DNA of 64,000 nt, taken from positions 69,249-133,248 of the forward strand of contig CAZVBO010000001.1 in NCBI GenBank assembly GCA_964625685.1, written 5' to 3'. This DNA comes from an uncultured Pseudomonadales bacterium. Its GTDB lineage: Bacteria > Patescibacteriota > Microgenomatia > UBA1400 > PJMF01. Below the pieces are notes generated by a model that had not been told where the DNA came from, searched no databases, and saw nothing but the letters and a program-made list of their open reading frames with translations. This document shows positions 19,414 to 27,700 of the stretch, one piece after another (the first letter of the stretch is position 1; every line of letters starts with the position of its first letter). The position numbers and the translations under genes were made by a program.

Positions 19414-19487
19414 GCGCGCATAGCTCAATTGGTTAGAGCACAAAGCTTATACCTTTGCGGTTCTAGGTTCGAGTCCTAGTGCGCGCA
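19414..19487 (+). tRNA. tRNA-Ile, anticodon UAU (DNA TAT)
   Basis: The 74-nt sequence folds as a cloverleaf. The acceptor stem is GCGCGCA/TGCGCGC. The D-arm is GCTC-AATTGGTTA-GAGC. The anticodon arm is CAAAG-CTTATAC-CTTTG with U33 and A37. The T-arm is CTAGG-TTCGAGT-CCTAG. No CCA is encoded. Confidence 0.75.
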
Positions 19488-19556
19488 CTTTCTTACTTAG
19501 TTGTGACTTTATTCCGTATCCTTTTAAGTCTTCATTTGATCCAATGAGGTTTGATC

Positions 19557-20642
19557 ATGAAAGGAGAACGAGATTTCCATCTAGGAGAATACAGAAAAAG
19601 CTTTTTTGCCCACCTTCCTGAGTTTTCCAATTTAATTGTAACGATGCTGCTACTTTTCCCAAATTTCCCTTGGGAAGAGATTATCCCAAATAATTCTTAT
19701 TTTGATCAAGTTCTATCATCTGAACTTGAACAGCAACACTACCCTGACCCACATCAAATTTTTCACCAAGCTCTGTCTGATTATGAATACTTGATTACTG
19801 CAGTGTATGGGACCCCTGTTGGTGGCAGCGATCTCCGAGGATGGGGATCTGTAAATAATGGCATCAATAGTCCCAACTATGTTCCAACAGAAAATTTTTA
19901 TGACGGTGCTCGGTATCTTAGACGCCAAGTCCCGGGCAAAAAATATTCTCAACATGCTGACGTGGTGTTGGTGTATGGTTTAAACGAAAGTGGAAAGTTA
20001 AATATTGTGGGAAGTTCTGTGGAGTTTGCAAAGGAGATTCTCACGATGAAGCCTCCTGCTGATTTTGAGGGAACTCCAAATACCATTTCTTTTAACCTTC
20101 GACCGCCAGCTGGATTTTCGGTTGATGATTTATATAACTTAGTTGACTCAATCTGGACGGGACAAGCCACTTATGCTGATGGTACGGTTATTGTTTCACC
20201 AGAATTTATGGCAGAGACAGGGATTCCTTTATCTTTGGATCTAGAAGTTATGTTGGAAAGTTATCCGAACGGTATTCCCGCTACTGCACTAAATCGAGTG
20301 ACTCAACGTTATCGAGAAATTATGGAATCTTATGGATATTCTGACCCGGTCTGGTTGTTGTATGAGAGAGGCCTGGGGGTGGCAGATATGGTAGATGATG
20401 TTAATCAACTTGATAAAGACGGAATTGTGGTAGTGTACTCCGGTTTTGTGGAAAATGGAGATCTTCCTTATAAATTGAAGGCGGGGAAAAGCATTATTTC
20501 GTCGGTGTATCAGCAGACAAGAGGTGGTTGCATGTCTTACATCAATTGGTCACTGCCAGAGGTTGCTAGAGATAACTACTCGAAGAAAGATGATGCTACG
20601 TTTTTGCAACAACCATATTGTGCCCTTGCAATTCTCCAATAG
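19557..20642 (+). CDS. hypothetical cytoplasmic protein
   Basis: This is a long ORF immediately 3' of the tRNA. No motif was recognised, and the first ATG is at 19557. Confidence 0.4.
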   Translation: MKGERDFHLGEYRKSFFAHLPEFSNLIVTMLLLFPNFPWEEIIPNNSYFDQVLSSELEQQHYPDPHQIFHQALSDYEYLITAVYGTPVGGSDLRGWGSVNNGINSPNYVPTENFYDGARYLRRQVPGKKYSQHADVVLVYGLNESGKLNIVGSSVEFAKEILTMKPPADFEGTPNTISFNLRPPAGFSVDDLYNLVDSIWTGQATYADGTVIVSPEFMAETGIPLSLDLEVMLESYPNGIPATALNRVTQRYREIMESYGYSDPVWLLYERGLGVADMVDDVNQLDKDGIVVVYSGFVENGDLPYKLKAGKSIISSVYQQTRGGCMSYINWSLPEVARDNYSKKDDATFLQQPYCALAILQ

Positions 20643-20670
20643 GAATCATCTATAAGTAATTGAGTGGTAA

Positions 20671-21125
20671 TTACAGAATAATTAGCATACTGGCAATACC
20701 CAGCAAGACGGTGCCGATTCCAATGCCTAAGATCTTCAAACCATCGTTGAGACCAGTTTGAGGTAATTGCTCTGGCAGAGTGGGTTGCTGGGCTGGAGCA
20801 GGATTGCCGGCAATGGTAGCTGCAGTACAAGTGGCACTGTTGACATTGGAATCCAATCGGCACCGGCCATTCCAGCAGATGTAACTGGAATTATTACAGT
20901 CGGCATTATTGACACAAGTGTCATTACAGCCAATTGGAGCAGCTGGAGTAGGAGTGGGATTGACGAGTACACAATTGGTTGAGTCACAGGTAGCTCCACT
21001 GATCAGACACGAATCGTAAACACAGCGGCCACTACTACAAGTGTGATTGCTGGGACATTCTGCATTGGTAGAACAAGTATCATTACAGACTTTAGTCATA
21101 GTAGGTGTAGGAGTTACTCCAGGTG
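20671..21125. repeat. About 450-nt direct duplication (~85% nt identity) shared by the 3' ends of genes 20671-21990 and 24239-26050 (second copy at 24239-24695)
   Basis: The nucleotide strings align across this stretch, from ...ggcaatacccag(c/t)aagac(g/a)gt(g/t)cc(g/a)attccaat... through to ...gtatcattaca... Confidence 0.75.
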
Positions 21126-21990
21126 TTGGTGTTATTCCTGGCGTTGGTGTTGGGGTAGTTTTTGGTGTACATTTATCACTTTCACAACTAGCAGCATCAT
21201 CTAAACATTGGTTGAGTACACAGACATTATCGCTACATGTGTGATTAGTGGGACATTGAGAGTCGGCAGTACAGCTTTCACCACAAGCGTTGGAGGTAGT
21301 AACAGTTACTGTAGTCTGGCAACTAGTGGTGAGACTGTTTTCAGTTGAGGTAACATTAGCCGTATTGATGATATTTGTATCGTTGCTGACGGAGCTATTG
21401 ATTTTGACTCGGAAAGCCACTGAATTATCTTGATCTACATCTTGTTGATCACAAATGAGGGTTTTTGTTGAATCATTGTAGGCCTCTTCCCCACAAGTGG
21501 AGTCCAAGAAAGTGACACTACTATCGAGAACATCACTGAGATTAAACGTCAGTGTGGTAATTCCTGATGAGATCATGGCAATTTTATAAACCACAGTATC
21601 ACCTGGGTTAAAGGTTGATTTCTGAGTTAGAAGTGAGTAACTTCCTGCAGAGTTACTGAGTTCATCTTGATAGGCAGTTTTGGTACAACTTAAAGTTGGT
21701 GTTTGAGTTCCCGCAACTACAAAACTTAAGCTACAATTGCCGCTCCCTTCTTCTGAAGCTTGAGATTCACTGGGGGTGGTTGTATAGGTTGTTTGGATTC
21801 GTTGCATTAATGCGACATAGACTCCCACCATCGCTAAAACCAAGAAAGAAGTCAATCCAATCACAGTTAAGATAGCTCGTCGATCAACTCCAAATAGCTT
21901 TTTTTGAGGCTTCATTCCAGGGTTATTTTTCAAAGTTGGAGTAGCTTTGGTGTAATTTGCCTGGGTGGTTGAGTTAGATTCGTTTATCAT
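20671..21990 (-). CDS. cysteine-rich modular surface protein with C-terminal LPQTG sorting signal (paralog A)
   Basis: An N-terminal signal-anchor is followed by (TP)n linkers. Three 8-Cys modules follow, for example CNDTCSTNAECPSNHTCSSGRCVYDSCLISGATCDSTNCV. The C-terminus is LPQTGLNDGLKILGIGIGTVLLGIASMLIIL. Confidence 0.7.
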   Translation of the reverse strand: MINESNSTTQANYTKATPTLKNNPGMKPQKKLFGVDRRAILTVIGLTSFLVLAMVGVYVALMQRIQTTYTTTPSESQASEEGSGNCSLSFVVAGTQTPTLSCTKTAYQDELSNSAGSYSLLTQKSTFNPGDTVVYKIAMISSGITTLTFNLSDVLDSSVTFLDSTCGEEAYNDSTKTLICDQQDVDQDNSVAFRVKINSSVSNDTNIINTANVTSTENSLTTSCQTTVTVTTSNACGESCTADSQCPTNHTCSDNVCVLNQCLDDAASCESDKCTPKTTPTPTPGITPTPGVTPTPTMTKVCNDTCSTNAECPSNHTCSSGRCVYDSCLISGATCDSTNCVLVNPTPTPAAPIGCNDTCVNNADCNNSSYICWNGRCRLDSNVNSATCTAATIAGNPAPAQQPTLPEQLPQTGLNDGLKILGIGIGTVLLGIASMLIIL

Positions 21991-21995
21991 AGTTG

Positions 21996-24113
21996 TTAGT
22001 TCGCAATGCTTTCAAAATCATGACACTGGGTAGTACCACTGACACTGGTACAGATCCGACACTGAGCGATGTATTTACCTGACTGAGTTAGGGTAAATGG
22101 TGAGGAAAGATGATTTCCAGCTCCTTCTTGATAGTTCACTGTGCCATCTGGATAAATAAGTCGGAAGTCATATCGACTGACTCCGTTGACTTGACCACAA
22201 CTCAAGGCCACTTGTTGATTAAGAGCTGGGGTGGCTACTGCTTGACCTTGAGTGTTCACCAAACTTACATTCAAGCAAATTGGCCCAACTGGTGGATTTT
22301 CCGGAACATCTTCATCTTGATCTGCCGGAGTTTGGACTTGAGTGGTACCTTGACAGGGTCCACTACAGTTATATTCGGAATAGCCACAATATGATCCCCA
22401 ATCATTGGCAGTAGTATAGAGATCAACCTGACCACATGCCCCATTCAAAGAAAGAGGAGTAGATGAGTATTCGGCGTTTTCATAACAACGGTACAGTCCA
22501 TCACTATCCTGACGACAGCCATTAGGACAGGTAAACTTCACATACTGAGCTACCGACTGGTTTGACTTTGCCGGATCGGTACACATGTTGGCTCCACCTG
22601 CTGCATTGTTTTGAGCTCCACCAGCATTGGCAGTAGCTGCCCCTTCACACTGTTGTTTGGTACCACTGAATACTGGAGATTCATTTACTCCACACAAGAC
22701 CTTATACTGACCATTAATACAGCAAGGACCGTGTTGAGCCCCTTCACAAAGACCCATATAAACTACTTCTCCGCCTCGATTTCGACAAGCTTCGCCACTA
22801 GAGTATTTTGAATAGGTAGGAGATTCACCAGTATTCATTTCGGCATTGGCCGACAAGTTACAACAAACTTCGGAAGAAGAAGCAACACACGTACAGCTCG
22901 CATCACTCCAAGTGTTGCCGGCATTTTCACAAACCGTTTTATTGGTATTATACGTTGCTCCAAGTTGAGCCTCGCAGGTATTTGCAGCAGTGACACAACT
23001 ACATGTATTCTGATTCCATACTTTTCCTGCTGTCGTATTACACGAGGCCACAGCCGCATTATACTCTCCCTCGGTTCTGAATTTATCTTGACAAGAATAA
23101 AAACCACTAATATGTTGCTGGCAACCTAGTTGGGTAGAATAGGTCGTACTGGAACAAGGGTGAGTATTAGCACTACAGTGATCTTGGGTAGAGTAACACT
23201 TGTTATCAACTCCTACACAGTATTGTTGAGCATCACTCCAGGTATGTCCGCCATTTTGACAAACGGCTTTTTTACAAGCTACTTGACTGGTATAAAGAGC
23301 TGTAAAGGCCTCACAAGTAGCTCGAGCCGCATCTGTCACGGAGTTTGTTTGGGGACTACAGTTGGTCGCCGAATTGTAACAGGTAATTTCCAAGCGGGTA
23401 TTACATACCTCTCCTCTGGTTTTAATTCTGCCGTACTCAACCCCACTGTTACACCGACAGAAGTTGTAGTTACAAGTACTCCCCGAAGCAATGCTGGCTG
23501 GGTTATTCTGAGTATAACCGGTAGGGTTAGTGTTCGTGTTGGTATTCGTATTATTATTGTTAGTATTCGTGTTGGTATTAGTATTGGTGTTATCGCTAGT
23601 GCCACAGGCTTGGCCGGTGGGAATTTCACCTGATCCATCATCAAGACAGCGGACAATTTGATGCATGCCCTCGTTACAGCGTGTAGCGCCAGGACTGCAG
23701 GCAAGAGGTTGGTCGTTATAAACCACACAAGGCCCGACTCTTCCGCCCGAGCCGGTACAGGCTGCCGCAGCCGCAGCCGTGTTTTGTCCCGAGGCTACAC
23801 CGTTGTAACCTCCTCGGCAACAAGTAATCACCACATTGCCATTGCCATCAGTGATGACATCCCCAGGTTCATTTTGAACTGCTGCCTGCTGGCGGATATC
23901 CTGTGATTGCCGCACTAACAGAAAAGCAATACTTCCCCCAATCACCAAAAGAAGTAATAAAGCACCACTGATAAGGTACCTGAGATTTCTTTTGGGTGAG
24001 GGGGGTTTCATAGCTATCTTTTCTTTTGGCTGATGATTTGAGTCTTCCGGAGGGGGAGTAATAGGAGAAGAGGTGGGCTGAGGCGATAAAGGTGAAGGAT
24101 TAGCGTTTATCAT
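21996..24113 (-). CDS. large cysteine-rich secreted/membrane-anchored protein (paralog B) with an (NT)n low-complexity tract
   Basis: The N-terminus MINANPSPLSPQP... plus TM helix is homologous to the N-terminus of paralog C. The 705-aa protein contains about 70 Cys. Its C-terminal third contains the MCTDPAKSNQSVAQYV...PLSLNGACGQVDLYT...GSYCGYSEYNC module, which is found at the N-terminus of paralog C. Confidence 0.65.
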   Translation of the reverse strand: MINANPSPLSPQPTSSPITPPPEDSNHQPKEKIAMKPPSPKRNLRYLISGALLLLLVIGGSIAFLLVRQSQDIRQQAAVQNEPGDVITDGNGNVVITCCRGGYNGVASGQNTAAAAAACTGSGGRVGPCVVYNDQPLACSPGATRCNEGMHQIVRCLDDGSGEIPTGQACGTSDNTNTNTNTNTNNNNTNTNTNTNPTGYTQNNPASIASGSTCNYNFCRCNSGVEYGRIKTRGEVCNTRLEITCYNSATNCSPQTNSVTDAARATCEAFTALYTSQVACKKAVCQNGGHTWSDAQQYCVGVDNKCYSTQDHCSANTHPCSSTTYSTQLGCQQHISGFYSCQDKFRTEGEYNAAVASCNTTAGKVWNQNTCSCVTAANTCEAQLGATYNTNKTVCENAGNTWSDASCTCVASSSEVCCNLSANAEMNTGESPTYSKYSSGEACRNRGGEVVYMGLCEGAQHGPCCINGQYKVLCGVNESPVFSGTKQQCEGAATANAGGAQNNAAGGANMCTDPAKSNQSVAQYVKFTCPNGCRQDSDGLYRCYENAEYSSTPLSLNGACGQVDLYTTANDWGSYCGYSEYNCSGPCQGTTQVQTPADQDEDVPENPPVGPICLNVSLVNTQGQAVATPALNQQVALSCGQVNGVSRYDFRLIYPDGTVNYQEGAGNHLSSPFTLTQSGKYIAQCRICTSVSGTTQCHDFESIAN

Positions 24114-24238
24114 GAATTTTTTCTAAGCAAAATGTACTCATCTCTAAGAATACTGCACTTTTTAAACTCAGGTCAATAATAGATTTTAATTTTTTACTTG
24201 TCCGAAACTTAATTTTAGCTGAAATGAAGGACGAGCCT

Positions 24239-26050
24239 TTATAGAATAAGGAGTAAACTGGCAATACCCAGTAAGACAGTTCCAATTCCAATTCCCAGAA
24301 TCTTGAACCCATCATTCAAACCAGTTTGAGGTAATTGCTCTGGTAAAACTGGTTGCTGGGCTGGAGCAGGACTCCCTGCGATGGTGGCAGCAGTGCAAGT
24401 AGTACTATTAACATTGGAATCTAACCGGCACTGACCATTCCAGCAGATGTAACTGGAATTATTACAGTCAGCATTGTTGACGCAGGTATCGTTACAACCG
24501 ACCGCAGCTGGAGGGGTAGGAGTAGGATTGACCAGCACACAATTGGTAGAGTCACAAGTTGCTCCGCTCAAGAGACAAGAATTATACACACAGCGACCAT
24601 TAGAACAGGTATGATCACTGGGGCATTCAGCATTAGTGGTACAAGTATCATTACAAGCCTTAGGGGTTGGAGTAGGGGTGGGACTAGCTGATGGGCTGGG
24701 TGTTGGCGTCGGCGTTGGAGTCGGAGTAGGAGTAGGTGTTGGGGTAGGAGTAGGTGTTGGAGTTGGGGTGGGTGTTGGGGTGGGGGTAGGAGTGGGTGAG
24801 AGTGAACATGAAACAGCCACATCGTTAGCAACTCCCTCTGGATCAGTCGGATTTACAGAAATAGTCCGAGAAACCCCACCACACGCTGCTTGAATTAAGG
24901 TATAGGCTTTAATATGGTGCATATACACCGATCCGGTTATACCTCCGGCAATATTGAGGACACCCACACCTTCGGTTCTAGGTGAATAGTTTTGCCCAAA
25001 TGTATCAATTTGACAATTACTCTTGGCTGCCCATGAAACTACTACTGATGAATCATAAGGAATGATAATAGGATTAGTGTGGTGATTGGTGGTTCGTCCA
25101 TTGACTAAAACGGTGGGAATTGGCTTTCCCTCACTCGTTACATCTTCAGAGGAATATGGCAGAGCTGGGTGTGGATCTGGAATAGTGGTGGAAGAAATTG
25201 GTCCTACTGTGGCAGTTACCCAATCTGAATAGCAAGTCACATTACTATCCATTTGTCCTTTAGCCCGAATTCGATACTGACCCTCTCGTAAGCCGGTAAT
25301 AATAGTAGAAGTGGGATTGCCTACACGTTTAAGAGAAGCGGGACTGACAGCAGCAATATTTCCAGTTGTTCCAGTGGTAATATTTTGATATTCAAAATTA
25401 ACTGTTTGAACTTTGTGATCATCTTTACCTTCTCGAGTCACACGGGCTGTTGCCAAGATAGTTCCACAAATAGGAATGGTAGGGATACTGTCTAAACTAA
25501 TAGAACAATAGATCTCACCTTCGACTGGTTGACCCTCGTTTCCCGGAGGCGTTGTAGTGTCAGCTCTACAGCCCTCACCACAGTTATATTCTGAATAGCC
25601 ACAATATGAACCATTGTCATCAGCTACGGTATAAAGGTCTACTTGGCCACATTGACCATTAAGGGATAAAGGCTCAGAAGATTTTGTCTCAAGTTCATAA
25701 CATCGGTAAATTCCGTCATTATCTTTGGTACAACCATCGTTACAGACGTATCTCACATATTGGGCTACTCTTTGATCAGATTTAGCAGGATCAGTACACA
25801 TACCACCTGAGGCGCGTTGTCTCACATCTTGACTAGTTCTCATCAAGTAAAACGCTACCAAGCCTCCTAGTATGAGTAATAACAAAATACCTCCACTTAG
25901 GAGATACTTCCAAGTATTTCTCTTTTTTGTGGATTTGATGGGTGGATAAGAGTTTGGTGGTGTTTGAGGGGCTTGTGTTTCCTCAACTGGCATCACTGGA
26001 GACGAATTGGAAACTGGAGGAGTTAAAGGTGTTTGGTTAGCATTAATCAT
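24239..26050 (-). CDS. cysteine-rich modular surface protein with (TP)29-like linker and C-terminal LPQTG sorting signal (paralog C)
   Basis: The order of elements is: N-terminal anchor, the MCTDPAKSDQRVAQYV... module, two beta-sandwich-like regions, a long PTPTPT... linker, two 8-Cys modules and LPQTG plus a hydrophobic tail. Confidence 0.7.
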   Translation of the reverse strand: MINANQTPLTPPVSNSSPVMPVEETQAPQTPPNSYPPIKSTKKRNTWKYLLSGGILLLLILGGLVAFYLMRTSQDVRQRASGGMCTDPAKSDQRVAQYVRYVCNDGCTKDNDGIYRCYELETKSSEPLSLNGQCGQVDLYTVADDNGSYCGYSEYNCGEGCRADTTTPPGNEGQPVEGEIYCSISLDSIPTIPICGTILATARVTREGKDDHKVQTVNFEYQNITTGTTGNIAAVSPASLKRVGNPTSTIITGLREGQYRIRAKGQMDSNVTCYSDWVTATVGPISSTTIPDPHPALPYSSEDVTSEGKPIPTVLVNGRTTNHHTNPIIIPYDSSVVVSWAAKSNCQIDTFGQNYSPRTEGVGVLNIAGGITGSVYMHHIKAYTLIQAACGGVSRTISVNPTDPEGVANDVAVSCSLSPTPTPTPTPTPTPTPTPTPTPTPTPTPTPTPTPSPSASPTPTPTPKACNDTCTTNAECPSDHTCSNGRCVYNSCLLSGATCDSTNCVLVNPTPTPPAAVGCNDTCVNNADCNNSSYICWNGQCRLDSNVNSTTCTAATIAGSPAPAQQPVLPEQLPQTGLNDGFKILGIGIGTVLLGIASLLLIL

Positions 26051-26063
26051 GTCTATTAAAAGG

Positions 26064-27599
26064 CTATGCTGGATACCTCTCTTCTTTCAGCTCATTGGCA
26101 ATCCAGAAGCTCCAACCCCCGGCAATGATAAAGAATAAGCCTCCTACGAGTAAAACTAAAGTCGTACTGACGGAACCAGAGACGGGCAAACTACTACTGG
26201 TAGCAGGTTGAGAAGAGCGAGTAGCAATGGTAGAGCTGGAAGAAGCAGTTGCCTTAGGAGTCGGTGAGGGTGAAGCTGAAGCGGTTCCCTCCATAGGATA
26301 GGGATTTCCTGTTCCATAGGGCCCACTGGTAGAAGTGGTTGTCGTGCTAGCAAGTTGGGTATTTGCTGAAGGATCCTCAACGGTAAAGGTAGTAGTTTTG
26401 GTTACTTCTTTACCGGTATTTGGATCAGTATACGTGTAAGTAACGGTATGTTCTCCCGGTTCTAAGTTTTGGCTGAGTTTACTAATATCTAGGACAAACT
26501 CACCATTTTCATCTGCGGTAATTTCCTGAGTAATGGTGGTATCAGAATGAACCTCAATATTAACTGTGACATTTGGAGCAGCTTTACCTTTAATTGTAGG
26601 TTGACTGGTGGCTACTTTTTGTTCGGTAGTGAGATCGGTATCTACAATCATATTGGTGGTACTAGCTGGCGTGTCCGCTAATAAACTAGTAAGTTCTCCT
26701 GAGGTTCCTGCGGAATCACTAGCGGTAGAATCAGTCATCATTGTTTCTGTAGAGTCACTGGCAGTCATAGTGGTGTCTTCCATAGCAGTAGCCTCTAGAC
26801 TAGTAGTGTTAGTGTCACTAGTCATCGTATTGTCAGGGACAATACTGACGTTGTTTTGACCTAATGTAATGGTAGGAACAGGTTGAGACTGAGCGATAGT
26901 AGTCGTAAGGGAAGAGGTTGAATTTACTGCTGGTCCTTGAACATTGATTAACATGGTTTGGTCATCGGTTAGCGTGGCATAGCCACTCCCATCACTGGTT
27001 CGAGCATTGGACAAAGGTATAGCCCAACTTCCTGAGTTTTTGACTAGAGAAGACATTTCTCCCACTCCTTCAATAGTGACATATACTACTGAGCCTTCTG
27101 CCGGACCGCCACTTTCATTTAGGACGTTTCCGTAAGCCGTTTTAGCAGCTGAGGGAGCTCCACTTCGCTTGGTAGTAGTGACCTTAAAGGCTTGACCATT
27201 ATTATCAAAGGTATTGCGGGAACCGGTACCCAAAAGATAATAATAAGTAGTATTAGCTTGAAGGCCTCGAACGGTAATATGGTGAACATTGAATTCTCCG
27301 ACTGAACCAGAAAGCTGGTCTCGGTCATCACTGGCTTGGGATTTCGTGGAATTTTCTTCTTCGCCATATTTGACGAAACCGGCTGTTTTGTCTGAAGTAA
27401 CAAAAGAAATAGTAAAGCTACTATCGGTAATATTAGTAACTTTTATTTTTTGGGGAGTAGTTTCGGCTGTGGCTCGGGGAGCAAATACTCCGGGACCACC
27501 TCCAATAGTAGTGACATACACACCAGCCATCAAGGCGATGACTAAAATGCCGATACCAATAAAAGTGGGGAGCCGTTTTTGCCAGATTGATTTATTCAT
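26064..27599 (-). CDS. Ser/Thr-rich surface protein with FN3-like domain, C-terminal LPVSG-TM-KEER tail
   Basis: An N-terminal TM helix is followed by an FN3-like domain (VTNITDSSFTISF...YYYLLGTG) and long S/T tracts. The C-terminus reads SSLPVSGSVSTTLVLLVGGLFFIIAGGWSFWIANELKEERYPA. Confidence 0.6.
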   Translation of the reverse strand: MNKSIWQKRLPTFIGIGILVIALMAGVYVTTIGGGPGVFAPRATAETTPQKIKVTNITDSSFTISFVTSDKTAGFVKYGEEENSTKSQASDDRDQLSGSVGEFNVHHITVRGLQANTTYYYLLGTGSRNTFDNNGQAFKVTTTKRSGAPSAAKTAYGNVLNESGGPAEGSVVYVTIEGVGEMSSLVKNSGSWAIPLSNARTSDGSGYATLTDDQTMLINVQGPAVNSTSSLTTTIAQSQPVPTITLGQNNVSIVPDNTMTSDTNTTSLEATAMEDTTMTASDSTETMMTDSTASDSAGTSGELTSLLADTPASTTNMIVDTDLTTEQKVATSQPTIKGKAAPNVTVNIEVHSDTTITQEITADENGEFVLDISKLSQNLEPGEHTVTYTYTDPNTGKEVTKTTTFTVEDPSANTQLASTTTTSTSGPYGTGNPYPMEGTASASPSPTPKATASSSSTIATRSSQPATSSSLPVSGSVSTTLVLLVGGLFFIIAGGWSFWIANELKEERYPA

Positions 27600-27700
27600 A
27601 CAAAATACAGACGTAACTAATCCGTCTTATATAAATTTAGAGAAATTTCAGAGAGAATACAACGCGAAGAACAACCGAAATAGATCAGAATAGAGCAATG

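Noticed and set aside
19551-19556. TTG start proposed by the ORF track for 19551-20642 (and similarly TTG/GTG starts at 31804, 56473, 58509, 56781)
   Set aside because: In each case an in-frame ATG lies a few codons downstream with a better gene-boundary fit, and the ATG starts were used instead.
22110-23906. Six overlapping ORFs of 66-167 aa on both strands inside 21996-24113
   Set aside because: They are all embedded in other frames of the 705-aa Cys-rich gene. They are generated by its repetitive, Thr/Cys/Gly-codon-rich composition and have no independent signals.
24100-24315. 71-aa ORF bridging the gap between the two surface-protein genes
   Set aside because: It overlaps the 3' end of one gene and the start codon of the next. 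It is low-complexity, and this region more plausibly holds the promoter (TTGACC...TATTCT) of the downstream gene.
24568-24893. ORFs encoding poly-(GV)/(LQ) peptides at 24568-24831 (-) and 24636-24893 (+)
   Set aside because: They are alternative-frame readings of the (TP)n hexanucleotide repeat in gene 24239-26050.
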